64,000 nt of DNA from positions 4,154,001 through 4,218,000 of the forward strand of contig CM075991.1 of the NCBI GenBank assembly GCA_038087875.1, given 5' to 3'. The position numbers and the translations under genes were made by a program. The DNA comes from Malacoraja senta (lineage: Eukaryota). The notes under the pieces were generated by a model that was given only the letters and a program-made list of their open reading frames with translations, made no database searches and was not told the origin of the DNA. Shown here piece by piece: positions 41,635 to 52,796 of this stretch (position 1 is the stretch's first letter; each line of letters opens with the position of its first letter).

Positions 41635-42276
41635 TGTTTTTATAACAAAAAATGTATTCAATTATTTAAAAAATAATATTGACACGACAATAAAACATGC
41701 CAGAACCCACCACCATAATACAATACAAACATATATCCTAAATAAACTACAATACAACTATGATCAATTCTTATTGAGGATGTATTCAACCCCCAGGCGA
41801 TCCCGCAACTCCCAGGGTGCCCGTGGACAGGGCGTAGTCCCTATCTAACCCCACCCGGGCACGGGCGTAACCCCGGAAAAGGGGCAGGCAGCCGGCTCGG
41901 GCAGAGCCCTCTTCCGCCTGGCGCCGTGACTTGTGGATGGCCAGCTTGGCCAGGCCCAGGAGCAACCCAACCAGGACATCTTCAGCCCTACCCTCTCCCT
42001 ACGCACAGGGTGTCCAAAGATGAGGATGATGGGTGTGAAATGCAGCCAGAAGGCAAGGAGCAGCCCTTTAGGTATTCAAACAGGGGCTGCAGCCTCACGC
42101 ACTCCGTGCACACGTGGTACACAGACTCTTCCAACCCGCAAAAGTGGGGCAGGCTGTGATCTGTGAACCGTGAGAGAAACAGGTTGCAGGGAACTCCTCA
42201 TTGCAATACCCACCACCCCAGGTCCCCAATGTAGAGGGGGAGAATTCCTGTGTAGAGGGACCCATCCGGGGGCCCC
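41635..42276 (-). mobile_element. 5'-truncated Tx1-like LINE 3' end with 15-bp TSD
   Basis: AATCTGAGATCCTTT at 41620-41634 and 42277-42291. Manual translation gives FCGLEESVYHVCTECVRLQPLF...LGLAKLAIHKSR, followed by an A-rich tail. Confidence 0.8.
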
Positions 42277-43139
42277 AATCTGAGATCCTTTGTGTTAACA
42301 GGCCAGATTCTAATTTTAAGGCTACGCCCCATTGTCCTCAACTCACCCATCAGTGTAAAACGCCCCTTTCTTTCTTGACCCTATCAATTCCATTCACAAT
42401 CCTTTAAATCAGAGTTAAGTGCTTCCTTAATCTGTTGGATTCGGCGGAATTAATGTCCAGTTGATATGATCTCTCCTTGGAAGTTTGGGAACATTCTAGG
42501 GACTGTGCAAAGGACTCCTTCCAAGGTCAACATCTTTCTAAGATGCAGTGGCCAGAATCTTACACAGAGCTCCAGATGTGGTCTAACCAAGGCTTTGCTC
42601 TGTGGTGGTGAAGCCTCCCATTGTAAATTCTCTCTTGCTTTGGTTTTAACAGGGGACACAATGTGAAGCTTAGTAATGGCTGAGATGGAGGAATGCTGAA
42701 CTAGTTCACCAGTCATGATGAGACTCATGTCAGAGGTTATGGGGACCAGGCAGGAGAATGGGATTGGGAGGGAGCTATAGATCAGCCATGCTTGAATGGA
42801 AGAGTAGACTTGATGGGCCGAATGGGACAATGGGAGTGTTCAGCACTGGGAACCTGAGCAGGTAAGCAGCTATGATCAGGGTAGAATAGGGGGCCAGGTG
42901 TAAGGCTGGACTCAGGGTCAAGAATGAGAGAAGGTATGCAACTGGAGTCAGGGTCAGGAGTAGTACCAGGTGTGCAGTGAGACCCAGGTTGGTCAACATG
43001 GGTCAAGTGTTTGATTATAATCTGATTTCCATACATGAATACACAAAGATCATTCATGTGCTGCACCTGTTGATCAGAGCCTGGCTCTACTGTGGAATGT
43101 AATTAGGAAATTAATTTAGCCTCATCTTATTCATCGCTA

Positions 43140-43344
43140 ATCCAATTTAAAGCATAAATATTGCATTCAAGTGTGAGTTAAAAAGACTCGCTACAGTATG
43201 CACCAAATTGCACAATTTCAAGCTGGAAAATAAAAAAGCTCCACACCCCCCTCCCACACTCTCCCCCCTCGGTCACAACGCTCCCTTGGGCTTGGTCTCT
43301 CGCAATTTCTCACTCCCAACTCTCACCCAATGTTGGCAGCCCTG
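43140..43344. mobile_element. Solo right-end fragment of the CAGGGCTGCCAAC TIR family
   Basis: Aligns by eye to about 63235-63461 and ends GTTGGCAGCCCTG. Confidence 0.75.
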
Positions 43345-46319
43345 CCCTTTTCCAAACACTTCCTAAATCTCTTTCCACCATCTCCCCTCACTCCCCTCTC
43401 CCTCCACAGTCTTCATATCCCCAATCAGCAGGGTTCGCTGGTTGACACCGACTCAGTGGGCCGAAGGGCCTATTTCTGCGCTGTATCTCTAAACTAAACT
43501 ATACTGCACAAAACACAAGGAGCCTCCCATTCGCAGTCCCCACATGGTTCAGTTTATTTGACTGCAGTTTAATTTCCCCTTTAAGCCAGCGTTTCAGCTT
43601 CGCTAGGTGGCAGCAAAGACCACAACAGACTACAACTCACTTCATCCCGGTGAATGGACAGAAATTGAAGCTGTTAACAGATCCAAGAGCCATGTTCAAA
43701 GTAGCTTCGTTTAGTTTATTATTGAGAAGCCTTGTTGTTGCATGCTGAACCAGTCAGTGAGAAAACTGCACGTGATTGCAATCAAGCTGTCCACAGTGTA
43801 CAAGTACAGGATAAAGGGAATAACATTTGGTGCAAGATAAAGTCCAGTAAACTCCAATTAAAGGTCCGAAGGTCTTCAATTAGGTAGATGGCAGGTGGTG
43901 ATAGTATCTAGTGGTGATAAGATGGTGGAGGAACCCAAAGATTTGAGAGCTTTTGGCTGGCCAACAAAGTAGCAAGGTATGGGGGCGCAGCGGTGGAGTT
44001 GCTGCTTTACAGCGCCAGAGACCCGGGTGCAATCCTGACTATGTGTGCTGTCTGTATGGAGTTTGTACTTTCTCCCTGTGACCGCGTGGGTTTCATTCCA
44101 AAAACATGCAGTTTGTAGGTTAATTGGCCTCTGTAAATTGTCCCTAGTGTGTAGGATAGAACTAGTGTATAGATGATCGCTGGTTGGTATGGATATGTTG
44201 GGCCCAAGGGCCTGTTTCCGTGCTATATGTCTAAACTGAATAAAGTAGGATCTACCATGATACAATATGGGAGAAAAAAGAAACTGAAGATACTGGAATC
44301 TTGAGCAAGACACAAAGTGCTGGAGGAACTCAGCTATTTAGGCAGTATCTCTGGAGAAAACGATGAGTGACATTTCGGGTTGGGGCACTTCTTCAGACTG
44401 AAAGTAGAGGGGAGGAAACTGGACGTAAGTAACAGCCAGAAAGAAGAAGGGCCGCAAACAGATGACCAAGGAAGGTTGGAGCCCATAATGGCTCATTGTT
44501 GGCTGGAGAAGAGGTGACAACGAACGCGAGGATACAAGGATGCGAACAGTGAAGCTAGTAGGATAACGGGTGGGGGATCAAGAGAGGAGATGAGGAGTGA
44601 AATGTAAAGCTGGAGGGAGGGATATGGGTGGAAAGGAACAGTGAAGATTTGTAAATTGAAGCATTTGAATTAATCAAGAACAAAATATTGAAGATAAACA
44701 TTCAGTAACTCAGCGGATCAGGCGCGTCTGAAGAAGGGTCTTGACCAGAAACATCACATATTCCTTCTCCCCAGAGATGCTGCCTGACTCGATGAGTTAC
44801 ACAAGCTTTTTATGCCTATCTTCAGTTTAAACCATCATCTGCAGTTCCTTCCTGCACAAAACAGACAGTGTTGTGATAGAGAATGTTTGTATTGGTGGAG
44901 GGATCCTGAACCAGTAAACATGGACCGATGATGAGTGGGAAAATAACCAGAAGAGGCAATATGACAAACCTTTTTACACAGTGTACAAGTTGAAGTTCAA
45001 GTTCAAGTTCGTGTTTATTGTCACTTAACCAACTAAGGTACAGTGAAATTTGAGTTACCATACAGCCATACTAAGTGAAAAGAACACAATACACACATAA
45101 AATAAATTTAACATCAACATCCACCTCAGTGGAATCAACATTCCTCACTGTGATGGAGGGCAATAAAGTTGAGTCATCTTCCTCCTTTGTTCACCCGTGG
45201 TGGTCGGGGCCTTGAACCCTCCGCAGTTCGTCGCTGCCGACGGTCCATTGTCCAACCCCTCTCGGAATGATCGAAACTCCAGCGTCAGGACGGAATGGAA
45301 CACCTCGTGGCATGGAGCTCCCGAGTCGGCCACTTCTTACCGGAGACCGCGGGCTTCGCGGTGTTAAAGTCCACAGGCCCCGCGGTCGGAGTTCTTCTTC
45401 CGGCGATCCTCGGCAAAGGATCCCCCGCAAGATTTTCATTGTACCTGGATCTCACCTTTATTGTGCACATGATAATTAACTTGACTTGATTGGACTTGGG
45501 ATCAGGAATGTACTTCCTGGGGGAATAATGGTAGACTTTAGACTTTGTACTCTAACAGCACATTAACAGGCCCTTCGAGTCCGCACCGACCAGCAATCAC
45601 CCCATACACTAGCACAGCCCTACACACAAGGGACAATTTACAATCTTTTTTACCAAAGCCAATTAACCTGCAAACCTGTACATCTTTGGAGTTTGGGAGG
45701 AAACCAGGGCACTGGGAGAAAACCCCTACAGTCAGAGGGAGAACGTACAAACTACATACAGACAGCACCCTTAGTCTGGATCGAACACGGGTCTCTGGCA
45801 CTGCAAGGTAGCAACTCTACCGCTGCGCCACTGTGCCACCCGAGTAGTTGATCCAGTTGACACAGAATCCAGAATCCACAGAGTCGTGGCTAGCCGGGTT
45901 AGAACCAGTACAGACTCAACAGGCTGAACGGCCTTTGGTGCTATAACCAATCTCTTATGTATAAGGGTCGCACAGTGGTGCAGCTGGTTGAGCTACTGCC
46001 TACCAGCGCCAGAGAGGGGGGATAAAAGTGCGAGTCCGGGTGGGGCAGAGGGGAGGGATGAGGGGAGAGGGAGCGGGGAAATCGGGGGAGAAAGGCAGAA
46101 GGTTGCTTGGATCTGTCGGATAGCATCCAAAACACAACATTTCACTGAACCTCAGTACGCATGACTATAATAATCCTAAACCTAAACCTATCTTGTTGCA
46201 CAGTTGCAGATTATTTTCCAAGACTACTCCTCTTGCAGATGGCAGTAACACTGAAAGTCCATGTTTGTTCATGCTATCGTGGACTTGCTTTGGTCTAATG
46301 AAACATCATTGGTTGGACA

Positions 46320-47123
46320 CCTGGTGGCGCTGTTGCTAGCTTCCTCCGCCCACGGTCTGGCTGTCTTTTTCTATTTTGTTATGTTTAGAATATGTTTTTT
46401 TGTTGTTTTTTTTGTTTTTTCGGTATGTTATGTGGGGGAAGCGGGTAGGGTAAGGGGGAAACCATCCTTCAGTCGCTTCCTGGCGAGGATGCGTCTATTA
46501 TCCAAGTCGCACCCTCGCCCCCCCCTCGCGGCCTACCAACTGGATTGGTGCGGCCTTTCCTGCCGGGACCGGGCCGGAGCTTTAGCAGCAGCGGCGAGGC
46601 GCTGGAAACATCACGGAGCGGGCGAGGCCTTCCTGGGATCGCTTCTTGGAGCTCCGGAGTGCTGGGCCGCTGCTCCAACATCGCGGGGCTGTGGGTGCGG
46701 AGCTCCCAACGCAGGCGGCGCTGACTTTCCCATCGCGGTGTCCTGGGACCCTTTGCCGGGGGTCACCAGCGCGAATCTCCGCCCAGCGCGGCCTGTGAAC
46801 ATCGGGAGCCGCGGACTCTGGTCGAAGGTGGCCAACGAGAGGTTCCCGGGGAGAGGGCCTGACTACGGGGGGCTCGGGAGGCCCCGACCACGGGTAAACA
46901 TTGGGGAACATCGCCGAGGAGGTTGACTGGACTTTGGTTCCTTCCCTCACAGTGGGGAACGTTGGTGCTGCTGTGGGGTTGTTTGTGTTGTGGACGACTG
47001 TATTCTGTGTTTTGTGTTTTTTTAATTTTATTTTTTTCGTATGACTGTAAGGGAAAAATAATTTTGTTGCCTCTTCATTGAAGACAATGACAATAAATTA
47101 AATCAAATCAAAATCAAATCAAA
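46320..47123 (+). mobile_element. GC-rich non-coding retroelement related to 35620-37135; a partial minus-strand relative lies at about 45000-45430
   Basis: Shared motifs listed for 35620-37135. Ends TGACAATAAA followed by (AATCA)n. Confidence 0.6.
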
Positions 47124-48201
47124 AACTTGTTCTAACCCACAGGAAGATGCATGGGCCTGCCCATAACATTCCCCTTGGGCACCAGTGTTCCTTCCCTAGC
47201 CTGTTGTTTGTGCAGCTTGTAACCTCTGAAGAGAACAGTACTTTAGTTTAGTTTAGTGTTAGTTTAGTTTAGAGATACAGCGCGGAAACGGGCCCTTTCG
47301 GCCCGCCGAGTCCGCACCAACCAGCGATCCCCGCACAATAACATTATCCTGCACATACTTGGGACAATTTATATTTATACCAAGTCAACTAGCCTACAAA
47401 CTTGCACACCTTTGGAGTGCGGGAGGAAACTGAAGATCTCGGAGAAAGCCCATGCAGTCATGGGGAAAACATACAAACTCCGTACAGACAGCACCCATAG
47501 TCAGGATCGAACCCGGGGTACGACAGCAACTCTACCACTGTGCCAACATGCCAACCGATTAATTCCCAACTACATTGGGAAGAGTGACTCCTGCTCAATC
47601 TGTCATTCTGCCTTGCACCCGATGTCTTCATGACGCAATTGTGCGGCCTGCTATACTCAAATATTGATACTTCCTTGTTCTCTACGATCCTTGCTTAGCT
47701 AAGGAACAGGTCGATTGCAACACTTGGAAGCACTTTTTAACCAAAGCCGGCTGGCGAAAGATTGGGATGACTAAGACCTTGTGATAACAGCTCCTTCGAC
47801 ATTTATTAGATTGTTACACACACGCCTTATTCGACTATCATTATCCTTGTCAATGCAACTTTATATGGTAACGACAACATCAGCACGTGCCTACTTGTCA
47901 GAGTGATGGGGAAATAAGTGGGAGGTTGGCTTTTCAATGAAGGAATGAGGGCAGAGGAAACTGGAGAAGAATAGTAAGATTAAACGAGAACTTACCTAAG
48001 TTTGAAGTTTGATCTTTATTTTATGAGGGGTTACGTTGGTGATTACGTGAAGAACCCCGCCAGAGCGCCTGCGCGTCAATCTTCAAAGCAGCGGTGTGAA
48101 ATCACAAAAAACAACAAGTGAAGTAATATAGTAACATAATAAAACGAGTAATACAAGAACTTCCATCTGACCTTTATGATAGACGGTTGGGTCGTGGTGG
48201 G

Positions 48202-48315
48202 CACGTAATCACCAACGTAACTCCTCATAAAATAAAGATCAAACTTCAAACTTAGGTAAGTTCTCGTTTAATCTTACTATTTTACTTCGGAGTCACGTGA
48301 GTGACTACGTGAAGA
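48202..48315 (-). other. DIRS internal complementary region (ICR) containing the circle junction
   Basis: Its two halves are complementary to the two element ends and are joined through a shared ATT at 48279-48281. Confidence 0.93.
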
Positions 48316-48488
48316 TTTTAAAGCTTTGTGATCTCATGCCGTAGACAAATCCCGGCTTCTCACTGCATTGATTGACTCGGAACGAGAATAATCAATAATG
48401 CATTAATAATAACATTTGTACCACAAATGCAGTAATTCATTTATTTTAATAATGAAAATTAATCAGATCCCCTTTAAACCAGAGGAAT

Positions 48489-49451
48489 TTACACAGAACT
48501 TAAAATAGTTTCTGCAAACAATCCCGCATTAACAATAGGCCGATGGTAAAATTGTTGAAACATCAACTCATCGAGGATATGGTCGACGGGGACATCTTTC
48601 GCCCTGGCCGCCGACGTTGCTGCTGCCCTAGTCGAGTGAGATGTAAAAACATCAGTGTTAATACCAGCAGCTGTTAAGACTTCTTTTAACCATCTGGAAA
48701 TAGTCTGTACTGAAACTCTCTTGTGTGGTTTCTTGTGTGTGATCAACAACCCAGTTTCCGTATTTCTCAAACTCTTTGTGACCTCAATGTATTGTAACAA
48801 ATATGTCTTAATACAGAGACAAGGATCATTTGGATATGCTGCTAGCACAATTTTAAATCCTGTCACACCTGGCCTACTTTGCTTTAGTAGGTCATAGATA
48901 TAGAATGTAACCTTGTCTTCAGTTACTTCCATCCTGTCTATTTGTAATTTTTGAAGTGTTTGCACTCGTTGTGCTGTCACTAATGCAATAAGCATGACTA
49001 CTTTCATACTGAGTTTGGCCAAAGGTAAAGACACACTTGGTGACCATTCACGAAGTAGCTTCAGCACCACACTTACATCCCAGATTGTCATGTACCTAGG
49101 TTTAGGAGGTTTGGAATTAAAGATTCCTTTCATCAGTCTGGAAACAAGTGGGTGCAACCCAATTGGATTTCTTTCTGAATCCAGAACCAAATATGAGGAC
49201 AATGCACTTCTGGCTGAATTAATTGCACTATAACTCAAACCTTCATCATAATAAAGTTTTGACAGAAATTCTAAAACATTTGAAGTATCTGCAGTACTAT
49301 ATTCCACATTCTTTGGTACACATAACTCTTCCCATTTCTTAATATAAGAAAGGTACTGTTTTTGAGTGCTCTTTCTCCAGGCTGCCGTAAGTATGTCCAC
49401 AGTACGCTCAGACAGTCCCCGCCCCAGAAAAGGCATTCTTAAAACCTGCAA
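48489..49451 (-). CDS. DIRS tyrosine recombinase (probably defective; lacks the GW box)
   Basis: 320-aa ORF with N-terminal YSAINSARSALS, catalytic R in TAQRVQTL, K in LLKQSRP, HSTR motif and the FxxFY nucleophile region. Confidence 0.9.
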   Translation of the reverse strand: MQVLRMPFLGRGLSERTVDILTAAWRKSTQKQYLSYIKKWEELCVPKNVEYSTADTSNVLEFLSKLYYDEGLSYSAINSARSALSSYLVLDSERNPIGLHPLVSRLMKGIFNSKPPKPRYMTIWDVSVVLKLLREWSPSVSLPLAKLSMKVVMLIALVTAQRVQTLQKLQIDRMEVTEDKVTFYIYDLLKQSRPGVTGFKIVLAAYPNDPCLCIKTYLLQYIEVTKSLRNTETGLLITHKKPHKRVSVQTISRWLKEVLTAAGINTDVFTSHSTRAAATSAARAKDVPVDHILDELMFQQFYHRPIVNAGLFAETILSSV

Positions 49452-49514
49452 ATCAACAAATCCAAACGATCATATAATGGATGTTGTTCCCCTGTTACAG
49501 GGTGCAGCAATAGA

Positions 49515-50150
49515 TTACTCCTTTTTGGGACTTTCATCAACTTTTGTGTTGTTAAATTCTAATATTAAAGGATACCATGGCTGTGTAGGCCAATCTGGTA
49601 CCGCTAGTACCCCTGAAGCAGCATCTTGCCTGATTTTAAGCAAACATTGGCTTATGAGGCAGAAAGGTGGAAATATATATAAAAACATACCACCCCAATG
49701 TAGCGAGAAAGCATCAATCGCCACTGCTCCTGGATCTAGTTCCCATGACACATATCTTGATAGTTGATGATTTAGTCTAGATGCGAACAAGTCGATGTCT
49801 GACATTCCAAATCTGATTACTATGTCATTGAATACCTCTCGATTCAACATCCATTCTTTATTATCCTGGAACTTTCGTGACCTGGTGTCTGCTATCGTAT
49901 TCAATCTACCTGGTAGATGGATAGCTGAAATCCAAATGTTCTTTTCAATACACCAAGACCAAATTTGATTAGACATTTTGTCACATGACACCGACTTGAT
50001 TCCACCCATATGATTAATATAGGCAACTGCTGTTGTGTTATCAATTTGAACTTGAACATGCAGATTAGTTGTGTTAGAACAGTAAGCTTGGAGTCCATAG
50101 AAACATCCTAAAAGCTCCAAATAGTTAATTCCCCATGTCTGCAGTAACAA
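49515..50150 (-). pseudogene. DIRS pol C-terminal part: end of RNase H plus Dam-like N6-adenine methyltransferase domain, frameshifted from the RT ORF
   Basis: RNase H motifs INYLEL, IDNTTAVAYIN, HLPGRLNTIADTRSR. MT-like motifs DIDLFAS, DAFSLHW, YIFPPF, VPDWPTQPWYP. Confidence 0.88.
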
Positions 50151-51586
50151 TGACTCTTCCTGATTCCATCTGCCCCGCAGCTAGATGCTAAGTCAGTTGC
50201 ACCCCATCCTAGTGCACTGGCATCAGTTTGTAATATCATGGAAGGTTGTTCAATCAGCACTTTGCTGGAACTGCTTGAGACATGTAGAATCCACCACTGC
50301 AGATCAGAAACAGCATTTGTTGCTAGTTGCATGGTTCTATCAAAATGACCAGCATGCATTCTCAGTGCCTGTTCTTTAACTCTCTGCAGCTGTTGATAAT
50401 GTAATGGTCCGTATTGGACTGCTGGGAATGCTGCTACTAATTTTCCCAGTACTCGAGCCACCTGTCTGATTGAGGGTTTTTGCTCGTTTAACAGATTACT
50501 GCAATCTTTAATCAACTCCGCCCTTTTTTCTCTGGGCAAAGTAATTTTCATTTGAACTGAATCAATTGTGAACCCCAAGTAATCAATTGAGGTACATGGT
50601 GTTAACCTTGATTTCTTTGGATGAATTAGAAACCCCAAACTTTCAAAAGTGGATTTCACAACTGCAACAGATGCTTCTGTTGACTCTTTTGTCCTTCCTA
50701 TAATCAGGACATCATCCAAGTATGCCATTAGTACATGCCCCTGGCTTCTCAGCAACCCCAGAATTGGTTTTAACAATTTTGTGAATATTCTGGGAGCGGA
50801 TGTTAACCCATTAGGCAGGGCTTTGAACTGCCATAACTGGTTCATCCATGTAATTTTAAGATACTTCCTATCTTCCGAGTGAACAGACACTGAATAATAT
50901 GCATCTTTTAAATCTATGGTTGCCATATAACATGCTTCTGAAATAAGTTGTTTGGCAGTCACAAATGTCTCCATTTTAAAATGTCTAAATTGAACAAAAG
51001 GATTCAGACTTGTCAAGTCTAGAATAATCCTACATCCTCCATCCTTTTTTGATCGAGGGAATATATTTGACACAAATTGGTGAATTTGGTAGACTGATTC
51101 TTCAATAACACCTTTTATATATAGGGTTTCAAGTGCAGCTTGAACATCCATCACTTCTTTTTGTGCAAAGTGGAGAGTTCTGCTAGGAACATGCTGGACA
51201 GGCAAATCATAATTTGGATTGAATTCAATTCGAAATCCTTGTATACTATTCAGAATTACCAGATCTGAAGTAATCTTCTTCCAATTGTTATAGAAGAGAT
51301 GTAATCTGCCTCCAACTTTTGGAGTTAACCCCGTTAGTATGTTCCCATGAGAACCAGGTCCACCTACCTCTTGAGTTATTTGAGTACCCTGAGGTCCCTG
51401 GGTTCTCCCGGAAGCACCCCCACTGGTTCTTGCTCTCGCTGCAGGCCGCCAGCTACGTCCCTGCGTTGATGCGCGACTTGGTCCTGGTCCAGGATCCGTA
51501 TGACGTCTGAAAGGATACTTCCTCTTTACAGACTTTGCAACCATCGATGTTTTCATCAATCCGGCTGTTTTCGCTTCATCTTCCAA
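50108..51586 (-). pseudogene. DIRS reverse transcriptase and start of RNase H, preceded in frame by the gag tail; frameshift near 50170
   Basis: VGGRL, KKDGGCRIILDL, IDLKDAYY, LPNGLTSAPRIFTK, YLDD and LQTDASALGWGA. Confidence 0.93.
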
Positions 51587-52537
51587 CTCTTTAATACGTC
51601 TCCCGAGATCCTCTCCAAAGAGTAAGTTGGGTAATTGTATATTACTTGGTTTGCAGAGTGCTGCGAATTTAGGATTGATAGTAGGCCGTATAGCACACTT
51701 TCCTCAGACAATTGATCTCGAAGTGGGTGCTGCATAGCAACCCCAGTTCCTCCTGATGCAACTCCGTCATCTCTTGGCTTTTATCCGCTATTCTGGCAAA
51801 AGCAGTTATTCCAGAACCCAGCAGCTTTAATATTCTCTGCAATTTCACTTCTTGAGTTCTCATAGTCATACTCAACTGATTCCAGATGACTTGATTCACT
51901 GCTGGTGCTTTCAGCAACACACAGTTACTTGGAGTCTCATTCTTTCTTGCAGTATCATCCATCTCCTGCTGTTCCAGCTGATGGGAAACCTAGTAATTTA
52001 TTAGGGAGGCCAATTCTTCTCCTAATGGCTCTCCTGACCCTGACGGGGCAGCGAATCGTACTGCCAGGGGTGGAACATCTGGCAGCTGCCGTTCTTCGCC
52101 TGGTACAGCCTCACCGTCAGAGTCGGGGTCTGAACTCTCATGACCCGTGGCACGCACCTCATCGCTGAGGGTGCATTCCATCAGCCCTGAACCAGGAGCT
52201 GTTGAGCTGCTTTCAGCAGCTTGGGTTTTGCTACACTCCTCCCTGAGTGTGCTTCGCTCCAACAGCCTATGTACAAGGCTTTCCATCTGGGCAATCCGCT
52301 CAAAAGCCCTGGAGCTACTTCCATTGCCTGGGACTTCCCCTCCGTGGGCCATCTTGATTTAAACTTGGCCTTGCGCCCGACTGGTGCTGACTGTGTTCTC
52401 ACCAGCCCCAGGTCCACAGTCGCTATGCTCTCCGCTGGAGACTGTACCGGGGTTAGAGGCGGCTGGTCGCTAACCGCAATCTCCCGACTTTCTGTCGGCT
52501 GAGTCGCTCGCCTCTTCCCCTTGCCCGTTTTTTCCAT
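51587..52537 (-). pseudogene. DIRS gag-like ORF1, broken by frameshifts and an in-frame stop
   Basis: Kozak-context ATG at 52537. Track fragments 52181-52561, 51990-52352 and 51669-51962 (PSNCVLLKAPAVNQVIW), continuing into LFGEDLGRRIKEL. Lies upstream of RT. Confidence 0.75.
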
Positions 52538-52764
52538 GGTGTCTGTGGAAAAAATCCCCACAGACCCACAGTAAACGGACCCGGAAATACTTTAAAAAAG
52601 TTTATACTTACCTTGTAGTTGAAAACTACAATTCCACTAGAGGAGCTCTGCTCCTCGCGTCCGTTTGCACCAATGCGTCTGACGTAATGACGTGCAGGCG
52701 CTCTGGCGGGGTTCTTCACGTAGTCACTCACGTGACTCCGAAGTAAAATCAGGCCATTCAGCCC

Positions 52765-52796
<32 letters not shown>

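Larger units (their letters stand above)
47970..52749 (-). mobile_element. Full-length DIRS1-like tyrosine-recombinase retrotransposon (gag, RT/RNase H, Dam-like methyltransferase domain, YR) with inverted termini and ICR
   Basis: 47970-48049 is the reverse complement of 48202-48281 (1 mismatch). 48279-48315 is the reverse complement of 52713-52749. 48044-48078 and 52688-52722 are inverted repeats. ORF order is gag-RT-RH-MT-YR. Both ends carry AAT. Confidence 0.95.

Noticed and set aside
48489..50150. Prophage or bacterial contamination suggested by integrase and Dam-like ORFs
   Set aside because: Both ORFs are integral parts of a DIRS retrotransposon with RT, inverted termini and ICR, inserted in a vertebrate repeat.
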